The notes under the pieces were generated by a model that was not told where the DNA came from, made no database searches, and saw nothing but the letters and a program-made list of their open reading frames with translations. Shown here one piece after another: positions 18,638 to 27,792 of a stretch of DNA of 64,000 nt. Source of the stretch: Myxococcales bacterium (GTDB lineage: Bacteria > Myxococcota_A > Polyangia > Fen-1088); NCBI GenBank assembly GCA_025350815.1, contig JANXXE010000218.1, forward strand, positions 19,574 through 83,573, written 5' to 3'. Every line of letters starts with the position of its first letter. The stretch's first letter is position 1. Position numbers and translations under genes: made by a program.

Positions 18638-19797
18638 TGGAACGCCTTGACGCCAGTTCTGAAGAAGGGCCGTACCACGCCGCGTTCGGCAATCTGCTCG
18701 CCGGCCGGCCGAGTGGGCTGCGCGGCTCTGGCGAATCTATCGATGGCTTCGGGGCGTGGACCGGCGAACATCGTCTGGCGCCCTACGCCGCTCACCTGGC
18801 CATCACCTGTGACCCGATAGTCGCTGCCGCCCTCAAGCCGGCGCTGCGAAAGGCGGCCATCAAGGATCTATTGCACGCGACGCCGACCGGCCGGCTGCTC
18901 CGCGCCCTGGCCGACAACGGGGTCAGGCCCATCGTCTTCAAGGGGCTGGGCGTCGGCCATCTATACTACCCGGAACCCTATCTACGCCCGCTCGGTGATC
19001 TCGACATCTTGTTTCGACCCGCAGACATCCCGGCCATGCTTCGGACCTGCCTGGCACTGGGCTACCGCCACCAGAATTCCGACCCCGTGGTCGTCGCGTC
19101 GTATACCGAGGCCCACTACAACATTCCGCTGGTCCATCGCGAGTTCGGCTTGCTAGAGGCCCACCATCGTCTGTGGGGCGACTGCGAAAACGCGTTCACC
19201 GACGCTGTATTCGCGCGTTGTCGGCCCGTCTCGATCCTGGGCGCCCTGGGCGAACGCCCGACCGGGGTTGACCTGTTCATCATGCTGTCCGTGCACTTTG
19301 GCATCAGCAACATCGGCAGCAGCTGGATGTGGCTCGCCGATCTGGTCCTCATCGGTCGCACCCTGGATGCAGCCGAGTGGGCGGACCTTGTGGCCACGGC
19401 CAATCGCCATGGCCTGCAATTGTTTGTCGCCCTCGCTCTTGGCGCCCTACGGAAACTGTGGAACGTGACCTTCCCTGCGCAGGTCGACCCGGCAGAGGAC
19501 AGGCTACGTGCGACATTGCGCCCCCCCGAACAACTGGCCTTCAACCGGGCGCTCGCGCTGGTGGGCAGCCGCCGCCTGGGAAAGCACTTTCTAATCGTCG
19601 CGCGCCGCCTCAGCCACCGGCCCGTTCGCGCCGCCAGCCATCGGTTCGAGTGGCTGGTGTGCCATCCGGGCGTCGTCGCCGATGAGCTAGGGGTCTCGTC
19701 AGCGTCGCCGTGGTTTCCACTTTACCGTCTCAAGCACCCCCTGTCGCGCCTGACAAGGGCCGCCGACTCGATCTATAAGGCTGTGACCCGCACATGA
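18637..19797 (+). CDS. uncharacterised nucleotidyltransferase-family protein (NTP_transf_5-like)
   Basis: ATGA overlap with the WbqC stop. It carries a GDLDILF motif resembling the nucleotidyltransferase G-x-D-x-D signature. Function is unknown. Confidence 0.4.
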   Translation: MERLDASSEEGPYHAAFGNLLAGRPSGLRGSGESIDGFGAWTGEHRLAPYAAHLAITCDPIVAAALKPALRKAAIKDLLHATPTGRLLRALADNGVRPIVFKGLGVGHLYYPEPYLRPLGDLDILFRPADIPAMLRTCLALGYRHQNSDPVVVASYTEAHYNIPLVHREFGLLEAHHRLWGDCENAFTDAVFARCRPVSILGALGERPTGVDLFIMLSVHFGISNIGSSWMWLADLVLIGRTLDAAEWADLVATANRHGLQLFVALALGALRKLWNVTFPAQVDPAEDRLRATLRPPEQLAFNRALALVGSRRLGKHFLIVARRLSHRPVRAASHRFEWLVCHPGVVADELGVSSASPWFPLYRLKHPLSRLTRAADSIYKAVTRT

Positions 19798-21005
19798 CCG
19801 TCCCGTTCTTTCGACCTTCGATTACTGAACTAGAAATCGAAGAGGTGCTTGCCAGCCTGCGCTCTGGCTGGCTGACGACCGGCCCCCGCGTAAAAGAGTT
19901 CGAGCGCCGCTTTGCCGAGACCGTCGGGGCCAAACACGCGATCGCATTGAATTCCTGCACGGCGGCCTTGCATCTGGCGCTTGAAGCGGTGGGGGTGGGG
20001 CGCGGCGACGGCGTGCTCGTACCGACGATGACCTTCGCCGCCACCGCCGAGGTCGTGCGCTATTTCGACGCCGTGCCCATCTTCGTCGATTGCGACCCCG
20101 TCACCTTGTGCCCCGATCCCACTTCCATCCGCGCGGCCCTTGAGGCCCTGAACGCTGGCCGGACCTGGCCCGGCGTCCCGCCCGGCACAAAGCCTCCCCG
20201 CGTTTTGGTGACCATGCACTACGGCGGCCTGGTCGGGGCGATGGGTGAATACCGCCGCCTGGCGGACGATTTCAACCTGCAGCTGATCGAGGATGCCGCC
20301 CACACCATGCCGGCCGCTTTTCGGGCCGACGCAACGGCGCCCTGGGAAGCGGTCGGTGGCGCCAGCCTGGTCACGTGTTTTTCCTTCTACGCGAACAAGT
20401 GCATCACGACGGGCGAAGGCGGCATGGCCACCACCAATGACGATGCGGTGGCGGCGCGCATGCGCTTGATGTCCCTGCACGGCATGGATCGCGACGCCTG
20501 GAAGCGCTACACCGATCAGGGCTCGTGGTACTACGAGGTCGTCGCACCCGGCTTCAAGTACAACATGACCGATGTGGCGGCGGCCCTGGGTCTGGCCCAG
20601 CTTGGGCGCCATCAGACCTTGTGGGCCGAGCGCAGACAGGTCGCCGGCCGACTGACCGCCGCCCTTGCCGACCTTCCGCTCGAACTACCGTTCGAGCCGC
20701 CCGACCGACAGCACTCGTGGCACCTGTACTCCGTCAAGCTCAGATTGAACGAGCTGCGCATCGGCCGCGATCAGTTCCTCGATGCGCTGAAGGCCAGGGG
20801 CATCGCCCACTCTGTGCACTGGCAGCCCCTGCACATGATGCCCTACTACCGCGAGCGCTACGCCTTGCGCGCCGAGGATTTTCCCGTCGCCGCATCCCTG
20901 TGGCCGCGGCTTGCATCGCTGCCCATCTTCGCCGGCATGACAACCGACGAACTGGCCGAGGTGACATCGACCGTGGCAGCGTTACTGCGCGCCAACCTGC
21001 GCTGA
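19794..21005 (+). CDS. DegT/DnrJ/EryC1/StrS family aminotransferase (no. 2)
   Basis: ATGA overlap with the upstream gene. DegT-like over its full length (FRPSITELEIEEV...; FYANKCITTGEGG). Confidence 0.8.
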   Translation: MTVPFFRPSITELEIEEVLASLRSGWLTTGPRVKEFERRFAETVGAKHAIALNSCTAALHLALEAVGVGRGDGVLVPTMTFAATAEVVRYFDAVPIFVDCDPVTLCPDPTSIRAALEALNAGRTWPGVPPGTKPPRVLVTMHYGGLVGAMGEYRRLADDFNLQLIEDAAHTMPAAFRADATAPWEAVGGASLVTCFSFYANKCITTGEGGMATTNDDAVAARMRLMSLHGMDRDAWKRYTDQGSWYYEVVAPGFKYNMTDVAAALGLAQLGRHQTLWAERRQVAGRLTAALADLPLELPFEPPDRQHSWHLYSVKLRLNELRIGRDQFLDALKARGIAHSVHWQPLHMMPYYRERYALRAEDFPVAASLWPRLASLPIFAGMTTDELAEVTSTVAALLRANLR

Positions 21006-22091
21006 AGCAAGGCGCCTGACCGTCGCGATGATCCGCTCGGCCGCTTTGCCGTCCCACAACTCGGGGATTCCGCCCTTCTTCCAGGCCCCGGCGAAGACTC
21101 GCTCCAGTGCCGGCGCGATGGCGGCGGGGTTGGTGCCGATGATTTCGTTGGTGCCGACCAGTGCCGTCTCCGGCCGTTCCGTGTTGTCTCGCAAGGTCAG
21201 ACACGGCACACCGAGGTACGTCGTTTCTTCCTGAATGCCGCCCGAATCCGTCAGCACCGCGCGCGCGTTCTTGACCAGGTACATGAACTCGAAATACCCC
21301 ATCGGCTCGACCTGGTGAATGTTCGACCAACCCGGCATCTGCGCCAGGGCCTTGCGCGTGCGCGGATGCACCGGAAAGATCACCGGCGCCCCCCGGACGG
21401 CGGCCGACACTTCATCGAGCAACCTCCGCAGCGTAACCGGGACGTCCACATTCGCCGGCCGGTGCAACGTGACGACGGCGTAGCCTCCAGCCGCGAGCCC
21501 CAGGTCGCCCCACACGGCCGGAGGCACAAGCCGCGGCAGGCTGAACACCAGACTGTCGATCATCGTGTTGCCCACGAAGTGGATGCGCTCCTCGGACGTA
21601 CCCGAGCGCCGAAGCTGTTCGTTCGCGTGCCGCGAGGTCGTGAAAAACTGGTCGGCCAGCGCATCGGTGACCATCCGGTTGATCTCCTCCGGCATGGTCA
21701 TGTCGAACGATCGAATACCGGCCTCGACGTGGGCCACGGCGGTGTTCATCTTCTTGGCGACGATGGTGCAGGCCATCGTGGACGTCACATCGCCGACAAC
21801 CAGCAGCAGATCGCACGGATTCGCCGCCAGGTCCTTCTCGAACCGCACCATGATCTGCGCGGTCTGCTCGGCCTGGCTGCCCGATCCCACCTCAAGATTC
21901 GCCTGCGGCGGCGGAATGCCCAGTTGGTCGAAGAACTGTCCGCTCATGTTGGCGTCGTAGTGCTGCCCGGTGTGCACCAGCCTCACCGAAATGTCTGCGC
22001 CATCGCTCGCATTGACGCGCCGGATCTCCCGCATGAGCGGAGCGATCTTCATGAAGTTCGGCCGGGCGCCGGCCACCAGGGTCAGCCGCAT
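20982..22091 (-). CDS. UDP-N-acetylglucosamine 2-epimerase (WecB/NeuC family)
   Basis: LVAGARPNFMKIAPL ... HTGQHYD ... HVEAGIRSFD ... DSGGIQEE are canonical Epimerase_2 motifs. The gene converges on DegT no. 2 with a 24-nt overlap. Confidence 0.85.
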   Translation of the reverse strand: MRLTLVAGARPNFMKIAPLMREIRRVNASDGADISVRLVHTGQHYDANMSGQFFDQLGIPPPQANLEVGSGSQAEQTAQIMVRFEKDLAANPCDLLLVVGDVTSTMACTIVAKKMNTAVAHVEAGIRSFDMTMPEEINRMVTDALADQFFTTSRHANEQLRRSGTSEERIHFVGNTMIDSLVFSLPRLVPPAVWGDLGLAAGGYAVVTLHRPANVDVPVTLRRLLDEVSAAVRGAPVIFPVHPRTRKALAQMPGWSNIHQVEPMGYFEFMYLVKNARAVLTDSGGIQEETTYLGVPCLTLRDNTERPETALVGTNEIIGTNPAAIAPALERVFAGAWKKGGIPELWDGKAAERIIATVRRLASAQVGAQ

Positions 22092-22114
22092 CGCAGTTCC
22101 TGTTCGACCGGCAG

Positions 22115-22711
22115 CTAGAACATGCGTTCGTCGACGACCAGGACATCACCTGGGAAGATCGCGACGTTGGGTGCCCGGCCCTCGCTAATGTCAGCGACGG
22201 GATAGGATCGGCTGACCACCGATCCCTTGTCCTCGCGCCTCAGCGTGACCTTGTTCTTCGCCGCGATTCCAGTGAATCCGCCCGCGGCCGCAATGGCATC
22301 GATGATGGTCATGTTCGAGAAGTACACCACCGCACCGGGTTTCAGCACCTGCCCCAGCACCGAGACCTTGCGGCTGTTCCATTCATGCACGGTCACGGTG
22401 ACCTGAGGATTCTTGATGAATCCGTCCTTTAATTTCTCCGTGATCATCGCCTGAACCTCGCCGCTGGTCATGCCCACCACCTTGATGCGACCTATCAACG
22501 GGTAGTCCACCATACCGTCGCCCGCGATCCGGTACAGCCCAGTCAGATCGCCCTCAAGGAAGACCCGGGTCTCAAAAACGTCGTCCACGCCCAGTCGCTC
22601 ATCGGGCGCCAGCGTCATGACCTCCGCGGGTACCGGCGCGGGGATCTGCCGCGAGGCGCATCCCACCTGCGCGATAAACAGCACGACGGGCCAGGCCCTC
22701 AAGCGAGTCAT
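22115..22711 (-). CDS. polysaccharide export protein (Wza/GumB-like, Poly_export + SLBB)
   Basis: A lipoprotein-like signal (…IAQVGCAS) is followed by ...GDGMVDYPLIGRIKVVGMTSGEVQAMITEKL... and a PGDVLVV motif typical of Wza-family exporters. The start is taken at the internal Met at 22711. Confidence 0.7.
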   Translation of the reverse strand: MTRLRAWPVVLFIAQVGCASRQIPAPVPAEVMTLAPDERLGVDDVFETRVFLEGDLTGLYRIAGDGMVDYPLIGRIKVVGMTSGEVQAMITEKLKDGFIKNPQVTVTVHEWNSRKVSVLGQVLKPGAVVYFSNMTIIDAIAAAGGFTGIAAKNKVTLRREDKGSVVSRSYPVADISEGRAPNVAIFPGDVLVVDERMF

Positions 22712-22774
22712 TGCCCCGGATTGTAGTCCGTCCAGCCAGTCGTCGCAATGTCGCGGCAATGTCGCGGGGCTCCT

Positions 22775-23497
22775 CTATTGGGGGTCTGAGTCTCCACGAC
22801 GGGGCGGCTTCAGGCGCGACAGCAAGACCTCCGCCAGGACAAAGTCGACTTCCTCGTCGATATCCACGGCCCGATCCCGCGGGACGACCACCCCGGCGAC
22901 ACGTTCGCCATACAAAGAATTCCGGTCGAGGACTGCGCGCGCCGTCGCGTAGACAGAGCCCGAGCGCACGTAGGCGGGGGCAAGATCCTGGCCTCGCGCG
23001 CCCTCAGTCTCGGCGGCCTGTGCGAAATAGGGCTCCAGCCAGTTTCCCCGCAACCTCTTCAGCTTCGCCGGGTGCACGGGGCCAACCGGCACAATGGTGA
23101 CCGCGGAGTGGGCCCCCGCCGCCACGGCCTCCAGACACGAGTCGATGTCCGCCGAGCTAACCAGGGGGTTGGTGGCCTGCACAATGGCCGTGGCGTCGAA
23201 GGGTCCCTCGCCTGCGGCCTCCAGCGTCCTGACCGCGTGCCGAACGGCGTCGATGCTGGGGCTGTCGTCGCGGGCCAGTTCCGGCGGACGCGCGAGCGCC
23301 AGGCGTGGGTCAATCGCCCGCACGATCGCCAGGACCTCGGGGTCCTCGCTTGAGACCACACAACGGGTCGCCAGGCGCGCGCCCATGGCCGCGTCGACAG
23401 CGTAGCTCAGCAGGGGTCGCCCGAGCAGTAACCGAACATTCTTTCGCGGCAAGCGCTTGGATCCACCCCGCGCCGGGATAACGACTAGGGAGGTCAC
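22775..23497 (-). CDS. acylneuraminate cytidylyltransferase family protein (second NeuA-like paralog)
   Basis: LVVIPARGGSKRLPRKNVRLLLGRPLLSYAV is the CTP_transf_3 motif. It is distinct from the 12099..12824 copy. Confidence 0.75.
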   Translation of the reverse strand: MTSLVVIPARGGSKRLPRKNVRLLLGRPLLSYAVDAAMGARLATRCVVSSEDPEVLAIVRAIDPRLALARPPELARDDSPSIDAVRHAVRTLEAAGEGPFDATAIVQATNPLVSSADIDSCLEAVAAGAHSAVTIVPVGPVHPAKLKRLRGNWLEPYFAQAAETEGARGQDLAPAYVRSGSVYATARAVLDRNSLYGERVAGVVVPRDRAVDIDEEVDFVLAEVLLSRLKPPRRGDSDPQ

Positions 23498-23612
23498 GAA
23501 ACGAATCCTTTTGGCGGTGGCTCAGGCGCTTCGGTACGCACCAAGATGGCGAATTATACGCGAACCGTCCCCAGGTCCCGAGTCCAATCTGTTATCGTTC
23601 CGTCGGTCCGAT

Positions 23613-24275
23613 ATGAATGTCCTGGTCCTGGCGGCTCACCCGGATGACGAAACCCTGGGTGCTGGCGGTGCGATGGCCCACGCCATTGAGCGCGGCGACC
23701 AGGTGCACGTAATCGTCGCCTGCGGCTCCGCACGTGTGGACGTTGTCGATGATGGTCGATTCGCAGCCCAGAAAGCCTCAGAACTTGAGACCGCCATGCG
23801 CTCACTCGGTGTCACCTTCGAGGCGCTGGGCTTGCCCGACCAAAAGCTAGACGTCGTTCCCCTGGTCGATCTTGCTCGCGCCATCGAAAACACCATGGCT
23901 AGATTCCGCCCGGCTACGGTGCTTACGCACTTCGCTGGAGACGTAAACCAGGACCACCGGCGCGTGGCGGAGGCGACGCTAATCGCTTGTCGATGCGTTC
24001 CAGGCTCCCCCGTTCGCAGGCTAGCCTCGTACTTCGTGCCGTCCAGCACCGATTGGGGGGACCCGCAAGTCGGTTTCGTTCCCAACGCATTCGAAATCCT
24101 CGAAGAATCCCATGTCTCGGCCAAGCTGGCGGCGATGCGCTGCTATGCTTCCGAACTGAGGCCGGCGCCGCATCCCCGTTCGGAAAGGGGGATTCGAGCA
24201 GCGTTGGAGCATTTCGGCTCGCGTGTCGGCGCCGCCTATGCCGAACCTTTTGTGATCCTTCGCGAGTTGCTCTGA
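23613..24275 (+). CDS. PIG-L/LmbE family N-acetylglucosaminyl deacetylase
   Basis: MNVLVLAAHPDDETLGAGG contains the PIG-L AHPDDE motif. The ATG at 23613 sits inside the longer track ORF. Confidence 0.75.
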   Translation: MNVLVLAAHPDDETLGAGGAMAHAIERGDQVHVIVACGSARVDVVDDGRFAAQKASELETAMRSLGVTFEALGLPDQKLDVVPLVDLARAIENTMARFRPATVLTHFAGDVNQDHRRVAEATLIACRCVPGSPVRRLASYFVPSSTDWGDPQVGFVPNAFEILEESHVSAKLAAMRCYASELRPAPHPRSERGIRAALEHFGSRVGAAYAEPFVILRELL

Positions 24276-24390
24276 GGCCTGCAATCCCCACCGCCGACAC
24301 GGAAGCATTGGACAGACAAGGGCCGGACGTGGAACGATCGAAGGCGATGCTACAGTCTGTCGAACGGCGCCGACGGGATCCTCCCGGCGC

Positions 24391-26367
24391 ATGAGCTCCC
24401 GGTTCTACTGGAAGTCAGCGCAGCTGGCCGTCGACGCCCTGGTCTGCGTCATGGCGTTCCTGGCCGCATACCTGATTCGTTTCGAGGGCATTTTGTCGGC
24501 CCCGACGCTCAAGCAGATGGCGCTGCTGATGCCCTACCTGGTGTTCGCGCGCCTGCTGTGCAATCAGATCCTGGGCGTCTATCGGATCGCCTGGCGTTAC
24601 GTGGGTCTGCGCGACCTGCGCACCTTCGTGATCGCTACCTCTCCAGCGACCGCGTTCTTTCTGATCCTACGTTTCGGCGTGGCCCCAAACACGGTTCTTT
24701 TTGGTCTTTGGTTGGACGTCTTTCGCATTCCCCTGTCGGTGGTCGCTCTTGAAGGCATGCTTTTCTTCCTGGGAACCGTCGGGGCACGGGTCTTGCGGCG
24801 CATCACGCTGGACGTTCAGCGAGCTAAGGTCAGTAGTGGCCCGAAGAAGGTCCAGCAAAAGCCGATTCTTCTTATCGGCGCCGGGCGAGCCGGCGTCATC
24901 GTCGCGCGGGAAATTCGTTCGCGGCCCGACATGGGCCTCAAGATCGTGGGTTTCATCGACGACGACCCGATGAAATTGGGACAGATTATCGACGGTCTTC
25001 AGGTCCTCGGACCGACCGCCGACTTGCCGCGACTGGCACGCCTGCACCACCTTGACCACGTGGTCATCTCAATCGCCAGCATTCCAGGTGTGGACATGCG
25101 CCGGATTCTCGCAGTGTGCGAGTCAATACCCATTCGTCCCCAGGTGGTGCCGGGTATTTATGAGTTGGTGGAAGGTAGCGTCAGCATCAACCGTATACGC
25201 GACGTGGAGTTCGAGGATCTGCTGGGCCGCTCCCCGGTGAACCTGGACACGGAGGGTGTCGCCGCGTTCTTGGGCGGTAGCCGCATCGTCGTGACCGGTG
25301 CTGGCGGGTCGATTGGCTCTGAGATGTGCCGCCAGGTGTGTCGATTCGGCCCCGCGTCGCTTATTCTCGTCGAGCGCTACGAGAACAATCTTTTCGAAAT
25401 CGAACGGGAGCTGCGCTCAAGCTACCCCAACTTGCAGATCATTCCCTGCGTTGCCGATATCACCGATGCCCCACGAATGGCGTCGATATTCGAGACGCAG
25501 GCGCCCCAGGTGGTGATCCACGCGGCCGCCCACAAACACGTTCCGATGATGGAAAGTAATCCGTCCGAAGCCGTCAAGAACAATGTCCGCGGCACCCGAA
25601 TGCTGGCCGAGTTGGCGGACCGACACAAGGCCGCCGTGTTCGTCATGATTTCGACGGACAAGGCCGTCCGGCCGAAGTCCGTGATGGGCGCGTCCAAGCG
25701 CATGGCCGAACTATACGTGCAGTCGCTGGCTCAGAACTCAGGCACGCGCTTTATGACGGTCCGTTTTGGCAACGTTCTCGGAAGCGCAGGCAGTGTGATT
25801 CCTATTTTCAAGAAGCAGATCGCCGCCGGCGGCCCCATCACCGTCACACACCCCGAGATGAAGCGCTACTTTATGACCATTCCGGAGGCCGCACAGTTGG
25901 TGTTGCAAGCGGCCTCCATGGGTTCAGGGGGGGAGATCTATGTGCTCGACATGGGCGAGCCCGTGAAGATCGTCTCGCTGGCTGAGGAACTAATCCGCCT
26001 GAGCGGCCTCAAGCCTTACGACGACATCGAGATTACTTTTACGGGCGTTCGGCCGGGCGAGAAACTGTTCGAGGAGATTTCCCTGGATGACGAGAATCTC
26101 ACCAAGACCCAGCACGCGAAGATCTACGTAGGCAAGAACAGACCTCTCGCGGCCGAGGGCGTGGCGGAGAAGGTACGTCTGTGCGAACAGCTCATCGACG
26201 AGCCCGATGCGACGACGGTCCGAGCGACCCTGATAGACCTGGTACTGGAAGACCGAGCCGAAGGAGAGCAGCGGACAGCTCAGGTGGGTGAAGATCAGGA
26301 AGGCGCGTCAGGCTCCAGCGATCGAGGCTTGACGACAGCGCTTCGAAAGCCCGAGCTCCTGCACTAG
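24391..26367 (+). CDS. membrane-anchored UDP-GlcNAc 4,6-dehydratase (PglF/CapD/WbpM/FlaA1 family)
   Basis: Four N-terminal TM helices, then two Rossmann motifs (ILLIGAGRAGVIV and IVVTGAGGSIGSE) and the CapD core. Confidence 0.85.
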   Translation: MSSRFYWKSAQLAVDALVCVMAFLAAYLIRFEGILSAPTLKQMALLMPYLVFARLLCNQILGVYRIAWRYVGLRDLRTFVIATSPATAFFLILRFGVAPNTVLFGLWLDVFRIPLSVVALEGMLFFLGTVGARVLRRITLDVQRAKVSSGPKKVQQKPILLIGAGRAGVIVAREIRSRPDMGLKIVGFIDDDPMKLGQIIDGLQVLGPTADLPRLARLHHLDHVVISIASIPGVDMRRILAVCESIPIRPQVVPGIYELVEGSVSINRIRDVEFEDLLGRSPVNLDTEGVAAFLGGSRIVVTGAGGSIGSEMCRQVCRFGPASLILVERYENNLFEIERELRSSYPNLQIIPCVADITDAPRMASIFETQAPQVVIHAAAHKHVPMMESNPSEAVKNNVRGTRMLAELADRHKAAVFVMISTDKAVRPKSVMGASKRMAELYVQSLAQNSGTRFMTVRFGNVLGSAGSVIPIFKKQIAAGGPITVTHPEMKRYFMTIPEAAQLVLQAASMGSGGEIYVLDMGEPVKIVSLAEELIRLSGLKPYDDIEITFTGVRPGEKLFEEISLDDENLTKTQHAKIYVGKNRPLAAEGVAEKVRLCEQLIDEPDATTVRATLIDLVLEDRAEGEQRTAQVGEDQEGASGSSDRGLTTALRKPELLH

Positions 26368-26385
26368 GACGGGTGGTACGCGATT

Positions 26386-27720
26386 CTAGTAGGTAACGCC
26401 CAGGCGGGCGAAGACCTGCTGCTTGACGTAGTTGAAGCCGCCCATCGAGGTGACCCCAGTGGTCTGAAAGTCCGTGGTGTTCTTCATGAGCAGGTAGCCG
26501 ACACCTGCGTAAAACCACTTCTGTACCTGATAGTCGACCTGCAGGCCCGCCTGAAGAAACTGGTCACTACGACTGGCCCCGTTACCCGCAAGCTGGAATC
26601 CGTGATAGCGGCGAAATTCGTAGCGAGCGTGGGCCAATATAGACAGCTGCGAGCCGACCTTCTGTCGCAAACCGACGTAGGGGCTATCAAGATCGTAGAA
26701 AGTGCCGATGACAGAGTTCCGAAACTCATGGCGGTAGCCCACCACGAACTCCGTCAACTGGGTGATCTTGTAGTTGATCTCACCAAGCGCCGCCAGATTG
26801 CTGATACCCGTCGGATTGGTAGCGACGCCCTGGTAGAAGCCGGCGGCGTAACCAACAGCAAGATTCACGGATAGCTTTTCAGTAACGAGGCCACGGAGAC
26901 CGCCCATGACCCGGAAGGGAAACGAGTTCTCCTTGTGGTTGAGCGGATCGGAGTCCTTGTTGAAATAGCTAATAGCGCCCTGGGCCGCCTGAACGAAGAT
27001 CGCAGTCTTCGGAAGCCACCGCCAACTACCGTCGAACAGCAGCTCGTTCCCCATGAGGTTCGCGTACTTGAGGTCCGCGTTGTCGAAGACGTCGATGCCG
27101 TTGGTATAGCGGAGCAGCGCCTGCAGCCGACCACCCCCGGGGGCAGCTCGCACTTGCGCGCTGGCAACGTTGTTGTTCCGCGTTATGTTGGCCCTGGATG
27201 TTCCGTAGGGCGGCTCTTCTGTTCGCACGAACTGGTCGGCCAACAAAAAACCGTAGCGCTGACCAGCGCCCATCTCGGCGTTCCCCGAAATGGTGGGATT
27301 AAAGGCGCGCTGCTGCTTGGCCTCCTCGCCGCCACCGAGATACTCGCGGTACTGGAGCGATGTCGCCAGATCGTAGAAGAGATTTGACGGGGCCGCCCCG
27401 CCGCGGGTTGCGTTCGTGATCTCCGCGAAGGGGGTTACCCGCATAAGGGGAGCGGACACGGGAGCTGTGTCGCTGTAAAAAACGTTCGTATCGTAGCCCG
27501 CCTCGGCTCCGACACCCACGTGCAGCACGCTGTCATCGCTCAGCTTAACCCCTGTGTCCTGACCGATGGCGGCCTTGCCGGCGATCGACGTGCCCGTGAA
27601 ACTCGCCTGCGAAGTCACCGCTGCTGATTCCGCGGTCACGCCTGGGGCGGCCGAAGACCTCACAGCCCACAGGGAGGAGGAGGCAGACAGGAGGATGGGG
27701 AGGAGGAGACGGCGGCTCAT
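26386..27720 (-). CDS. outer-membrane beta-barrel protein (GltB/GltH/NfsB-like?)
   Basis: Signal peptide (LLLPILLSASSSLWA), alternating amphipathic beta strands, and a C-terminal aromatic end ...ARLGVTY. It is the last gene of the TPR operon. Confidence 0.55.
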   Translation of the reverse strand: MSRRLLLPILLSASSSLWAVRSSAAPGVTAESAAVTSQASFTGTSIAGKAAIGQDTGVKLSDDSVLHVGVGAEAGYDTNVFYSDTAPVSAPLMRVTPFAEITNATRGGAAPSNLFYDLATSLQYREYLGGGEEAKQQRAFNPTISGNAEMGAGQRYGFLLADQFVRTEEPPYGTSRANITRNNNVASAQVRAAPGGGRLQALLRYTNGIDVFDNADLKYANLMGNELLFDGSWRWLPKTAIFVQAAQGAISYFNKDSDPLNHKENSFPFRVMGGLRGLVTEKLSVNLAVGYAAGFYQGVATNPTGISNLAALGEINYKITQLTEFVVGYRHEFRNSVIGTFYDLDSPYVGLRQKVGSQLSILAHARYEFRRYHGFQLAGNGASRSDQFLQAGLQVDYQVQKWFYAGVGYLLMKNTTDFQTTGVTSMGGFNYVKQQVFARLGVTY

Positions 27721-27792
27721 CTAGGCTTTGAAGGCTGGGCTGGTCGAGAGGAGAGAACGGAAAAAATATCGGTCTTCTGTGGTATCGGGCGG

